Shown in pieces: positions 1-9,717 of a stretch of 64,000 bases of DNA (position 1 is the first letter of the stretch; every line of letters begins with the position of its first letter). Made by a program: the position numbers and the translations under genes. The notes beneath the pieces were generated by a model. That model was not told the origin of the DNA and did not search any database. It worked only from the letters and a program-made list of their open reading frames with translations. Location: NCBI GenBank assembly GCA_934447715.1, contig CAKSER010000003.1, forward strand, positions 42,307 through 106,306, read 5' to 3'. The DNA comes from an uncultured Eubacteriales bacterium. Lineage in GTDB: Bacteria > Bacillota > Clostridia > Oscillospirales > CAG-272.

Positions 1-1467
1 CTGTATTCTCAGCTCCGGAACATGGAACTTGCTCTTTATACCGAGAAGCGACCTGATCTGGTTCTCGGCGTATTTTACCGTGTCGGTTGCCGCAAAGCGC
101 AGCTCGGTCGATCTTGAAACCGTGAGATATTCGATCTCGATCTCCCTTTTAATGTCATATGCGCAGACCGCCGAGTCGTATGCAATTCTTTTTGTTTTTC
201 TGTTTATAAGAATCTCGTCCTCAAAGATGCTCGGCACCTTTCCGTTTAGTGCTCCGCTTTCCTCAAGCTTCGAAAAGGCATAGCAGAAGGCTCTTTTAAT
301 GTGCTTGTCAAACAGATGGCGGTTCTTGTCGTTTATAAACTTGCTCTGACGGTAATTATATGTGGAGCAGTTCAAAAAGATCGCATTGACAAGCGGAGAG
401 CCCTCGGATTTGTCAAGGCCGAGATAGAATTCGGTAAACGAGCAGTATCTTAGAATATCCGAAAGGAAGTCGGAAAAGCATCCCGGCTCCGGCATGACCG
501 AGTTTACAAGACAGTAGTCGCAAAGCCATTCGCAAAGCTCCTTGTCAAGCCTGGGGAATTCCTCCCTGTACGCCGTCCAGACGTCGATTATTAAATTCTG
601 CCCTTCCTTAGGAGGAATGAGATCCGGAAGATTGATAATCTCAAAGACATAGAGGAGAATGTAGCTGTATGAGGTGCGGATGTGCTTCCCTCTTCTTATG
701 TTGTTTCTCCACCAGATGTAGTATGAAAACTGCTCGCCCGAAAGATGGATGTACTGCGGAAGATAGGAAAAGAACGGCTGAAAGTCGCACTCTCTTCCGT
801 CAAGGTCGAAGTATTCGACAGCAGATGCCCTAAACCTTTCGTAGAACATGTATTTCTGATCCCAGGATTTGACTCTGACATCGTAAATTAACGGACTTTT
901 GGGGCGGTATTCGGTAATAAGCTCGGAATAGCCGGCATTCCTCTTGGTTTTTTCGTAGTTCAGCCCGAAGCCAAAGTCAAAATCGAGGTCAAGCTCGGAA
1001 TTTTTGTCCTCTGCCTCCTCCGCTTCCTTTTTCTTTGCCTGAATTCCGACCTTGATCGAGTCGAAATCAGAAGGGGTGAACCAGTTGTCGTACCTTACGC
1101 TGCTGTCCGAGCCTACGATCTTGATGCTCTCCATGTCGTAGTTTATCGTGTTGCCGTCTACATCAAGGCCGACCTTGCCCTGGGCACATTTAAGCGCCTC
1201 CTTTGCGGCTTTAAGACGCAGGTCAAAGTCGGACGGCTTGTTGTTTTCGCTTTTTGGAGATTTCGCCTTGCTGCTGCCTTTTTCTGCTGCCTCTCTTTTA
1301 GGAATCTTTTCTTGCGGCAGCTCGCTCTTTTTGTCGTTTTTAAGACGCACCTCGACGGGATCGGTGTCGGGAAACAGCCGTTTGCCGTAGGGATGCTTCG
1401 GGATCATCATGTCAAGATTCCAAAAATCGTCCTGATCGAAAAAGTCGGAATTGCCTTTCTTCGACAC
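1..1467 (-). CDS. TerB N-terminal domain-containing protein, first ~489 codons only (ORF runs off the left window edge)
   Basis: Continuous minus-strand frame from GTG 1465-1467 down to base 1. A purine tract AAGGATGGTGA lies just upstream; an alternative ATG is at 1408-1410. It is absent from the supplied track because no stop lies in the window. My translation contains DFQPFFSYLPQYIHLSGEQFSYYIWWRNNIRRGKHIRTSYSYILLYVFEIINL, the pattern I associate with TerB_N. Confidence 0.6.
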   Translation of the reverse strand, partial: MSKKGNSDFFDQDDFWNLDMMIPKHPYGKRLFPDTDPVEVRLKNDKKSELPQEKIPKREAAEKGSSKAKSPKSENNKPSDFDLRLKAAKEALKCAQGKVGLDVDGNTINYDMESIKIVGSDSSVRYDNWFTPSDFDSIKVGIQAKKKEAEEAEDKNSELDLDFDFGFGLNYEKTKRNAGYSELITEYRPKSPLIYDVRVKSWDQKYMFYERFRASAVEYFDLDGRECDFQPFFSYLPQYIHLSGEQFSYYIWWRNNIRRGKHIRTSYSYILLYVFEIINLPDLIPPKEGQNLIIDVWTAYREEFPRLDKELCEWLCDYCLVNSVMPEPGCFSDFLSDILRYCSFTEFYLGLDKSEGSPLVNAIFLNCSTYNYRQSKFINDKNRHLFDKHIKRAFCYAFSKLEESGALNGKVPSIFEDEILINRKTKRIAYDSAVCAYDIKREIEIEYLTVSRSTELRFAATDTVKYAENQIRSLLGIKSKFHVPELRIQ

Positions 1468-1673
1468 GGTATCACCATCCTTTTCTTAAGACTTTTGAGC
1501 TTTTTGAGCGTTTATGCCGTTTGCACCGATATCCTTTTTGCCTTTTTTTCCTGTTTTTTTAATTCTGTCTTGCCTTTTTGCTGCGCTTTTCTGCTCTGAT
1601 GCTGTATATTCTGCCGGGACAACCGACGAATGACGGTCGATCAGGCGTGCCGACTGATCAGGTGATTACCTGT

Positions 1674-3395
1674 TCAGATTCCCATCATACGGACGATGTC
1701 CTTTTCGCAGGAGGATTCCTTTTCGCGGGCATCCTCTTCGGTTTTGCCCTTCATCATTACATAGATTTTTACCTTCGGCTCGGTTCCGGACGGGCGGACG
1801 ACAACCGCGCTTCCTCCGAGCTCAAAGTAGAGCACATCCGACTGCGGAAGCCCGGTCGGCATGACCTTGCCGCTTTCGGTCTCGGTTCTCGTGCCTGCAA
1901 GATAGTCGCGGACTGCGGTGACCTTTTCGCTTCCGATCGTCTTCGGAATGTCGTTTCTAAGCCTTACCATCAGCTTTTCGAGCTTTTCTGCCGCATCGAT
2001 TCCGGTCACCTCAAAGCTGATCGTCTTTTCGGTGTAGTAGCCGTATTTTTTGTAGATTTCAAGGATTGCATCGTACAGCGTCATACCCTTTGAGCGGTAG
2101 TACGCCGCCATCTCGCAGACAAGCAGAGAGGCTACAACCGCGTCCTTGTCTCTTGCATAGGTTCCCTTTAAATAGCCGTAGCTTTCCTCAAAGCCGAGAA
2201 GATATGTTCCCTTGCCCTCCTCCTCGTGCTTCTTTATAACCTCGCCGATATACTTAAAGCCGGTAAGAACCTCGTACATCTTTACGCCGTTTACCCGGCA
2301 GATTTCGCTTGCAAGCTCTGTCGAGACAATGCTCTTTACGGCATATGCATCCTTGTCAAGACCGCCGCAGAGCTTGTATGCCGTGATGATGTATTCAAGC
2401 AGCAGCGCGCCCATCTGGTTTCCGGAAAGCGGAACAAAGCTTCCGTCCCCCCTCTTTACCATTACTCCCATACGGTCGGCATCCGGATCTGTCGCGATAA
2501 TAAGATCGCTGCCGTGCTTTTCTGCAAGCTCGATTCCGAGGCTGAACGACTCGGCAAATTCCGGGTTCGGGTGGGAAACAGTCGGGAAATTTCCGTCCGG
2601 AATCATCTGCTCCGGAACAGTAATGAGATTTTTCAGTCCGGCGCGTTTTAAAACCTCCGGAACAAGAATTCTTCCGGTTCCGTGAAGCGGAGTGTAGACA
2701 ACCGCCATGTCCGGCTGGTCGGCAATTGCGTTCTTGTTTACCGTCTGCTTAAGAACGCAGTCAAGATATTCGTCGTCAAGCGAACGGGGGATGTAGCTTA
2801 TCATGCCGTCACTTAAGAGCTTGTCAAAGCTGTCGGTTTTTACTCCTTCGAAAATGTCGGTTCTATCGATGATTTCGGAGATTTCCTCTGCCTGCTCCGG
2901 ACCGATCTGCGCACCGTCGCTGTAATAAACCTTGTAGCCGTTGTACTGCTTCTGGTTGTGGGATGCGGTAATGTTGATGCCGGCAATGCATTTAAGCCTT
3001 CTTACTGCAAACGAAAGCTCCGGCGTCGGGCAGGAAAGAGAGAAGATATGCACCTTGATCCCGTTTGCGGCAAGGACAGCCGCAGAGCGCTTTGCAAACA
3101 GCTCGGAATTGTTTCTTGTGTCATATGCGATCGCAATCTCGCCGCCGCCCTGACGCAGAATGAAGTCTGCAAGCGCCTGAGTTGCTCTTTGAATCGTGTA
3201 GATGTTGATTTTCGAGGTTCCTGCCGACATGATCCCCCGGATTCCGGCGGTGCCGAAGCTCATTTCGTCCTTAAAGCGGAAAGCGATTTCGTCGTCATTT
3301 CCCTTTATCGACTCAAGCTCCTTTTTCATGTCGTCGCAGAGCCCGGGATAGCCGAGCCATTTTTCGTATTTTTCTCTGGTCTCTTTGGTAAGCAT
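1674..3395 (-). CDS. phosphoglucomutase/phosphomannomutase family protein (alpha-D-phosphohexomutase)
   Basis: 573 aa. Phosphoserine loop TASHNQKQYNGYKVY, metal loop ATDPDADRMG, C-terminal RPSGTEPKVKIY. GGAGA lies 5 nt before the ATG. Confidence 0.9.
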   Translation of the reverse strand: MLTKETREKYEKWLGYPGLCDDMKKELESIKGNDDEIAFRFKDEMSFGTAGIRGIMSAGTSKINIYTIQRATQALADFILRQGGGEIAIAYDTRNNSELFAKRSAAVLAANGIKVHIFSLSCPTPELSFAVRRLKCIAGINITASHNQKQYNGYKVYYSDGAQIGPEQAEEISEIIDRTDIFEGVKTDSFDKLLSDGMISYIPRSLDDEYLDCVLKQTVNKNAIADQPDMAVVYTPLHGTGRILVPEVLKRAGLKNLITVPEQMIPDGNFPTVSHPNPEFAESFSLGIELAEKHGSDLIIATDPDADRMGVMVKRGDGSFVPLSGNQMGALLLEYIITAYKLCGGLDKDAYAVKSIVSTELASEICRVNGVKMYEVLTGFKYIGEVIKKHEEEGKGTYLLGFEESYGYLKGTYARDKDAVVASLLVCEMAAYYRSKGMTLYDAILEIYKKYGYYTEKTISFEVTGIDAAEKLEKLMVRLRNDIPKTIGSEKVTAVRDYLAGTRTETESGKVMPTGLPQSDVLYFELGGSAVVVRPSGTEPKVKIYVMMKGKTEEDAREKESSCEKDIVRMMGI

Positions 3396-3602
3396 ACTTG
3401 TCTCCTGATAGTGCTGCGCGATACCGGCAGCGGTGAAAATTAGATAAAATTAAATTGATTAAATTGACTAAATTGAATTGTAATATATTAAGCAGTATAG
3501 CTGCTTTTTTCTGATTTGTTAAAGTGTTAAAGCCGTCGGCATTCTGTGAGCCTTTTTGCATTCGGCCCGGCTGAAACCCGACAAAGGCTCTGATGCCTTA
3601 GA

Positions 3603-4634
3603 CTACCCGACGGTAAAATCGATAATCGGAAAAAAGCCCTTTAGAACAAACTGAGGACACTCCAGAAACAGGTAAAGAAAAAAGCCTCCGGGATCCGCAC
3701 CCTTGCTTAGCGTAAAGAAAAACTCGGAAATAAAAACTCCGTCGGAGTATTCCGCAGGGACGGTGTCGATTCGTTTTACGAATGCGTCAAAGCAGCCTGC
3801 CGCGGTGATCAGCTCGGCAATCCGGCTTCCGTCAATAGAAGAAATTCCGACCTTGATGCCTGTTTCTATTTTGCCTATAGACGGCTTGATATATTCGATG
3901 TTTTTCTTCAGCAGCGCAAATTCGGTTCTGCTCGAGTCGGAAAGGACGATCTCGGTTGTCATGACGGTCTTTAAATCGTACCTGTCGATAAGCGAGCAAA
4001 AGCCGGACAGCCTTCCCTCCGAGCCGTTTGTCACCGGCACCGTGCAGTAGGCGCTTCTTGAAAAGAACACGTCGTCGCACGCCTCGCGGAAGCTGGATGC
4101 CTCCTTTAAGGGCACTCTGCCGAGCACATCCGAAAAGCGCCTTGCTGCCTGCTCGGATGCCCTGCCGTATACAAAGGATATCGTGTTTTCGTCGGATTCC
4201 TCCTCTGCCGTATCAAAAAACAGACGCGTAAGCCTGTCATACGGCAGGCTGCCCTTTTTTAGGGTGTGCCAGAGCTGTCTGCAAAGAAATGCTTTTTCCT
4301 CTGCCGAAAGCCCGGTTTTTACGGTAAGCTCCTTGTAGCTTGTAACAAACCGCTCCCGGTCAACCCTTTCGGGGGATGGATTTTTTAATCCGGCGCCCCG
4401 GTATAACGGATCCGGAAAGGATGCACTTTCCTGCCTTCTATTTATAAAATTCCTGTCCGAATAGATGTCATCGATGTCATCAGCGTAGGAAAGCTCGGAG
4501 GCATCCTTTTCGGAGGAGGAAATTATCAGCTCTGCAAGCTCGCTTAGGTGGGCAAGGCGGCGCTCCTTTACAGATTTTCTCTTTTTTTCAAGCCGTAAAA
4601 GGTTTTCCTTTACAATCTGCTCCGGTGTCATCAT
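3603..4634 (-). CDS. hypothetical protein with a degenerate prephenate-dehydratase-like half-domain plus an ACT-like C-terminus
   Basis: 343 aa. The segment ISFVYGRASEQAARRF...YCTVPVTNGSEGRLSGFCSLIDRYDLKTVMTTEIVL resembles the PDT N-subdomain (VPxENSxxG pattern). ISSIDGSRIAELITAAGCFDAFVKRIDTVP...FISEFFFTL resembles an ACT fold. The ATGATG start directly abuts the htpG TAA, and no SD is visible. Confidence 0.4.
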   Translation of the reverse strand: MMTPEQIVKENLLRLEKKRKSVKERRLAHLSELAELIISSSEKDASELSYADDIDDIYSDRNFINRRQESASFPDPLYRGAGLKNPSPERVDRERFVTSYKELTVKTGLSAEEKAFLCRQLWHTLKKGSLPYDRLTRLFFDTAEEESDENTISFVYGRASEQAARRFSDVLGRVPLKEASSFREACDDVFFSRSAYCTVPVTNGSEGRLSGFCSLIDRYDLKTVMTTEIVLSDSSRTEFALLKKNIEYIKPSIGKIETGIKVGISSIDGSRIAELITAAGCFDAFVKRIDTVPAEYSDGVFISEFFFTLSKGADPGGFFLYLFLECPQFVLKGFFPIIDFTVG

Positions 4635-6587
4635 TTATTTGCAGAAGCTGTTTTCAAGCAGAGAGAAGCTTCCGTCAAGGAATGCCTTAAGCTCGTCTGC
4701 ACTGAGCGTCCTCTGACCCAAAAGCGCAAGCGAATAGACCTGCTTTGCAACAGGAAGTACCTCGTCCCTGCTTTCCTTGAGCTTTTCGCTCATCGAGCGG
4801 ACAAGCCTGCTGTTGGAGTTTAAGATCAGCGAAGCCTCGCTTTCCTTTCCTGCGTCCGGCATGCCGTACATCTTCATCATCTCGGCAAATCTTCTCGACT
4901 GCTCGCTGATGTTTAAAACCGCAGGGATCTTTTCGTCCTTTAACGGCTCAAATTTGACTGTCAGTTTGTCATTTTTTGAAACCTCCTTGAACAGAGAGAC
5001 AAGCGCCTCGTCCTCGAGCTTTTCCCCGTCTCCCTTAAGAGCGTCTGCAACATCGGCATCGATGCGGACGAATTTTACATCCTTGTTTTCGCTTTCGATA
5101 AAGGTGATGAACTGGTTGTCAAGCAGGTGAGGCAGCTCGAGAATCTCGATTCCCTGACTCTGGTACATTGAAATATACTGCGACTGCGCCACCTTGTCGG
5201 AGGCGTAGTATACGGTGTTTTCGTGCTTTTCCTTTGCATTTTCAAGATACTTTTCAAGGGTTGTATAGCTGCCGTCGGTTTTTTTGTAGATTACCGAGCC
5301 CTTGATTTTTTCATAGAACTTCCTGTCTTTAAGCGAGCCGTACTCGACAAAGACCTTGAGGTCGTCCCAGAGCTTTTCGTAGTTTTCACGGTCGGTGTTG
5401 TAAAGAGAATTGAGCTTGTCGGCGACCTTCTTTACGATGTGCGCGGAGATCTTGTTTACATAGCCGCTCGTCTGCAGATAGCTTCTTGAAACATTGAGCG
5501 GAAGCTCCGGACAGTCGATCACTCCCTTGAGCATAAGAAGATATTCCGGAATGACCTCCTTGATGTTGTCCGCGACAAATACCTGATTGTAGTAGAGCTT
5601 TACCTGACCCTCAAGGCTTTCGAATTCGTGATTCAGCTTCGGGAAGAAAAGTATTCCCTTGAAGTTAAGCGGATATTCCGCGTTTATGTGAATGTGGAAA
5701 AGCGGCTCCTTGTAGTCGTTAAAGACCTTGCGGTAGAAGTCGTTGTACTCCTCTTCGGTGCACTCGGAGGGGGACTTCATCCAGAGTGGAGTCGTGTCGT
5801 TTATCGGCTTCTCCTCTGCGGCCTTCTCGGCATTCTCTGCCTTTTTATCGTCTTCGCTGTTTTCACCGCCTTCACTGCTCTTTTCACCTTCGCCGCCTTC
5901 GCCGTTTCCTTTTTCGTCCGGCTCGGAGGTCTTCTTTTCGCCGTCGTCAAAATAGATCTCAACCGGCATGAACGAGCAGTACTTTTCAAGCGCTGCCCTT
6001 AGTGTGTAGGAATTCAGATATTCCTCTCCCTCCTCGGAAATCTGCATGATGATCTCGGTTCCGACAGTGTCCTTTGAGGATTCCGACATTTCATAGTCTC
6101 CGCTGTCATTGCAGATCCATTTTGCCGCCTTGCCGCCGAGGCATGAAAGGCTGTTTACCTCGACAGATTCGCTTACCATGAATAAGGAGTAAAAGCCGAG
6201 TCCGAAATGGCCGATGATTCCGTCTGCGTCATTTGAGTTTTCACCCTCGTATTTCTGAATAAAATCGAGCGCGCCGGAAAGAGCGATCTGGCAGAGATAT
6301 TTTTCCATCTCCTCCGCCGTCATGCCGATTCCGTTGTCGGTAACGGTAATTGTCTTTTCCTCCTTGTCGAGCTTGACGTCGATTCTGTACTTTCCGTCAA
6401 ATTCCGGTGCCTTGCCGAGCGATATCAGTCTCTTTCTCTTTGTGATCGCGTCGCAGGCGTTTGATACGATTTCTCTTATAAAAATATCCTTTTCGGAATA
6501 CAGCCACTTTTTGATAACCGGGAAAATATGCTCTGTTTCAACAGAAATTCCGCCTTTTCTTGTGCTGCTTTGTTCGTTTTGTTCCAT
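4635..6587 (-). CDS. htpG: molecular chaperone HtpG (Hsp90 family)
   Basis: 650 aa. N-terminal GHKL motif IFIREIVSNACDAI, then DNGIGMT and GHFGLGFYS. An acidic/Gly-rich linker (EKKTSEPDEKGNGEGGEGEKSSEGGENSEDDKKAENAEKAAEE) lies between the N and M domains. GGAGA SD present. Confidence 0.95.
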   Translation of the reverse strand: MEQNEQSSTRKGGISVETEHIFPVIKKWLYSEKDIFIREIVSNACDAITKRKRLISLGKAPEFDGKYRIDVKLDKEEKTITVTDNGIGMTAEEMEKYLCQIALSGALDFIQKYEGENSNDADGIIGHFGLGFYSLFMVSESVEVNSLSCLGGKAAKWICNDSGDYEMSESSKDTVGTEIIMQISEEGEEYLNSYTLRAALEKYCSFMPVEIYFDDGEKKTSEPDEKGNGEGGEGEKSSEGGENSEDDKKAENAEKAAEEKPINDTTPLWMKSPSECTEEEYNDFYRKVFNDYKEPLFHIHINAEYPLNFKGILFFPKLNHEFESLEGQVKLYYNQVFVADNIKEVIPEYLLMLKGVIDCPELPLNVSRSYLQTSGYVNKISAHIVKKVADKLNSLYNTDRENYEKLWDDLKVFVEYGSLKDRKFYEKIKGSVIYKKTDGSYTTLEKYLENAKEKHENTVYYASDKVAQSQYISMYQSQGIEILELPHLLDNQFITFIESENKDVKFVRIDADVADALKGDGEKLEDEALVSLFKEVSKNDKLTVKFEPLKDEKIPAVLNISEQSRRFAEMMKMYGMPDAGKESEASLILNSNSRLVRSMSEKLKESRDEVLPVAKQVYSLALLGQRTLSADELKAFLDGSFSLLENSFCK

Positions 6588-6659
6588 AATTAACCGTCTC
6601 CTTTTTTAAGGGATGAGTATTCCAAAATTACAGAATACTGTCCGAATTGTTAATATAGT

Positions 6660-6688
6660 ATTTTAACATGCCGATTGTTTTATTTCAA
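6660..6688 (-). promoter_or_regulatory. sigma-A type promoter for htpG
   Basis: TTGAAA-17 nt-TAAAAT read on the minus strand. Confidence 0.55.
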
Positions 6689-6863
6689 TCTGATATTTGT
6701 AAAATTTTTACGCTGTTTTTGAAGCCTTTTTTTCATATTATATTATAAAGCAGGTCGGAAAAAGCCGAAAAATGTCGTATTGTGAAAAAATGACGCATCG
6801 GCGGCATTTTAAAAAGGCAGCAGCTTTTTGCCCGATGTACGCTGCTTTTAAACAGCCTCGGCA

Positions 6864-6900
6864 TAAAAAACGAGACACATCCCGAAAAAGGTGTGCCTCA
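6864..6900 (-). terminator. intrinsic terminator after alr
   Basis: Minus strand: GAGGCACAC...GTGTCTC stem followed by TTTTTT. Confidence 0.55.
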
Positions 6901-6905
6901 AAAAG

Positions 6906-8042
6906 CTATTCAATATAAATTTTCGGGATGCGGTCCCTGTCAAGCGAGCAGACGATTTCATACGGAATCGTAAGAGCCTTTTTTGCAACCTCGTCGGCTG
7001 TAATGACCTCGTTCCCGTCGCTTCCTATAACCGTCGCAATGTCTCCCGGAAGAACCGAATCGATATCGGTCACGTCAACCATGACCTGATCCATGCAGAC
7101 CCTTCCTAAAATCCTTGCTCTTTTTCCGTGTATAAGAATGTCGCCGCAGTCGGAAAGAAGCCGCGGAAGACCGTCTGCATAGCCGCAGCAGAGGGTCGCG
7201 ATCCGCGTTTCTCTGCTTGTTTTGTATGTATGCCCGTAGCTTACTCCGACGCCGCTCGGAACGGTTTTGACAGTTTCGACCCTTGTTTTAAGAGAAAGTG
7301 CCGGAATAAGATCAAGAGCGCCGTCTTTCATTTCGGAATCCGGCTTGATTCCGTAGAGAATGATCCCGGCTCTGACCATTTCGCGCTCGACTGGAAGCTC
7401 CATGATTGCGGCGCTGTTGTCGATGCTGCAGATCGGGATTTTGATGCCGCATTTTTTAAGCTCGGATATAAACGAGTCGAATTTCTGCTTCTGAAGATAT
7501 GATACGGTCTTGTCGGGATCGTCCGAGCAGGCGTAATGGCTGAATATTCCTTCGACTAGGACAGAATCCTGTCTAAAGCAGCTCTTTGCCTCCTCAAGAC
7601 CGCTTTCGGTACAGGAAAAGCCGATTCTTGTCATTCCGGTGTCGAGTGCAAGGAAGCAGCGCGCGGTTTTGCCCTGCTTTTTTGCGGTGTCTGAAAGCAC
7701 TTTCATGTCGGAGCCCGAAAATATCGCCGGCATGATGTCCGCTTCGATAAGCTCGGAAAAAAGCTCTGGCGATGTCCAGCCGAGAATCAGAATGTCGTTT
7801 TTCACGCCGGAGCGGCGCAGCTCGAGCGCCTCGTAAAGCGATGCGACACCAAAAGCGTATACATCGTCCTTAATCAGCTCGGAAAGCATTTTTGCCCCGT
7901 GGCCGTATGCGTTTGCCTTGACGACCGCCATTATTTTCGTTCCCTTGGGAACGGCTTTTTTTATTTCGTCAAGATTGTGCCTTAAAGCCCCTTTTTTAAT
8001 CTCGACCCATGTTCTTGATGTCAAGTAGCTGTCGGTAATCAA
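6906..8042 (-). CDS. alr: alanine racemase
   Basis: 378 aa. PLP-lysine motif AVVKANAYGHG. TTG start at 8042, preceded by GGAGGG at 5 nt. Confidence 0.9.
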   Translation of the reverse strand: MITDSYLTSRTWVEIKKGALRHNLDEIKKAVPKGTKIMAVVKANAYGHGAKMLSELIKDDVYAFGVASLYEALELRRSGVKNDILILGWTSPELFSELIEADIMPAIFSGSDMKVLSDTAKKQGKTARCFLALDTGMTRIGFSCTESGLEEAKSCFRQDSVLVEGIFSHYACSDDPDKTVSYLQKQKFDSFISELKKCGIKIPICSIDNSAAIMELPVEREMVRAGIILYGIKPDSEMKDGALDLIPALSLKTRVETVKTVPSGVGVSYGHTYKTSRETRIATLCCGYADGLPRLLSDCGDILIHGKRARILGRVCMDQVMVDVTDIDSVLPGDIATVIGSDGNEVITADEVAKKALTIPYEIVCSLDRDRIPKIYIE

Positions 8043-8204
8043 AACTACCCTCCGTAAATTCCCGTTGTCATTTTTTGCACCGAAAATGTGCCATAAATAT
8101 TGCGCAGCAAGTTGTACCCTTTGCAGTCAACCGCCGCAGGTCTGCTGCATCGGTTCTGCCCTGACGCCCTCCGGTTTGCCGCCCCCCGGTTTGCTGCACC
8201 AAGG

Positions 8205-9425
8205 TCAGCTCGCCGTACCGCTTGAAAGAAGAAGATCGGTAACCTTGTTCCAGAGCGCGGTCTGAACCAAAGTGCTTCTGCCGTAATACTGCTCAAGATC
8301 CTCTTCCGTTTTCACGTCCGGATTCTTTTCGGATGAAAGAATCTCGTCGATATATCTGTCGTACTCATCCCCGGTTACGCCGATGCCCTCGGCGCGCGCA
8401 ATCGAGTAGAGCACAAGCAGCTGCTTTACGGTTTGCTCTGCATACTTTTTCGCATCCGCCTCGAAGCTTTCGATCGATTTGTTGTATGTGACCTGAAGAA
8501 AATATTCAAGCGAGTAGTAGTTGTTCTGCTCGGCGTAGTATTCCCATGTCGTTTTCATCTCTGTGGCATACTTTTCAACCTCGGCTTCGGGAAGCGATAA
8601 AACCTCTGCCGAATTCACCGCCTTCTGCCAGAGCTCGTTCTTCTCATCAAGAAGCGCCTGCTCCGCCTTTTCTTTTTTAAGCTCGCTTTCAAGCTTTTCC
8701 TTCATGTCGGCAAGGCTGTTATAGCCGAGCGACCTTGCAAAATCGTCGTTTGCTGCCGGAGTTCTTTCTTCTGCAATGCCGGTAAAGGTTACATAAAATA
8801 CTGCGGTTTTCGCCATGAGCGCCTGCGGATTCGAAAGCGAGGGCATGATAAAGTCGGGAGTGAATTTAAACTCGTATTCAAAGCTGTTTCCCGGCTGCAT
8901 TCCGATAAGCCTTGCTGCGATTTCGTTTTCCCATTCATATTCCGCCGGCTTTCCTAAAACAAGCTTTTTTTCGGCAGAGGAAAGCTCGGAAAACTCCTCT
9001 CCGTCAATCCGGCAGATAACAGAGATAAGTGCCGTGTCCCCCTTTTCTGCCTTGCGGTCGGTTATAACCGCCTCATATGAATGCTCTTTTGTAAGTTCAT
9101 CTATCTTCTTTGCGATTTCCTCTTCGGAAACATCGGCTGAAACGCTTTTGTAGGTAAGCCCCCGGTACTCTCCGAGCGAAATGTATTTTGAAAGGTCTTC
9201 CTTTTCGTACCCCTTCCAGTCGCTTTTTGAGCATCCGAAAAGATTAAGACAGAGAAAGGAAAGCAGGATTAGAAAGGTGGGAATAAGAGCGCCTTGCCTG
9301 ACTGCCGCACCGCCGGTTTTTCCGGCTTTCAGACCGCTTTTTGATATTCGGCTGCGAATCCGGCTGCAGGCTCCGATTTTAGCCTCGCATTGAGCCCCGT
9401 TTTGCACCCTGCTCTGATCTGCCAT
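8205..9425 (-). CDS. lipoprotein with trigger-factor-like FKBP and C-terminal chaperone-like regions (putative extracytoplasmic foldase)
   Basis: Signal peptide with lipobox LNLFGC. The body resembles trigger factor PPIase and C-domain segments (GDTALISVICRIDGEEF..., EVEKYATEM...). Start moved to ATG 9425 (MADQ...), which has GAGGA 7 nt upstream; the track start at 9455 lacks an SD. Confidence 0.5.
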   Translation of the reverse strand: MADQSRVQNGAQCEAKIGACSRIRSRISKSGLKAGKTGGAAVRQGALIPTFLILLSFLCLNLFGCSKSDWKGYEKEDLSKYISLGEYRGLTYKSVSADVSEEEIAKKIDELTKEHSYEAVITDRKAEKGDTALISVICRIDGEEFSELSSAEKKLVLGKPAEYEWENEIAARLIGMQPGNSFEYEFKFTPDFIMPSLSNPQALMAKTAVFYVTFTGIAEERTPAANDDFARSLGYNSLADMKEKLESELKKEKAEQALLDEKNELWQKAVNSAEVLSLPEAEVEKYATEMKTTWEYYAEQNNYYSLEYFLQVTYNKSIESFEADAKKYAEQTVKQLLVLYSIARAEGIGVTGDEYDRYIDEILSSEKNPDVKTEEDLEQYYGRSTLVQTALWNKVTDLLLSSGTAS

Positions 9426-9556
9426 ATATACATCCTCGGTTTTTTGCATACTCATCTATACTATATATATCACAAAATCGAAAAAAAATAAAGTTAACCC
9501 GGCTGAATTTACAAAATATATACATTTGCCGGAGCAGGCGCACCGCTTTATCCGTC

Positions 9557-9584
9557 TTGACTTTTGGCAATTGTATGGTATAAT
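9557..9584 (+). promoter_or_regulatory. sigma-A type promoter for aroQ
   Basis: TTGACT-16 nt-TATAAT. Confidence 0.55.
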
Positions 9585-9717
9585 TAAGATAGATAAATAT
9601 ATTCTGCACTCCTCTGGCTTCCGGATAAAATCCGGGCAAAAGCCGGTAAAAGTCCGGATAGCTTCGGTAGGAAGGGCGGATAATAAAGCGGTAAATTACT
9701 GACAGAGGTAATAAGAA

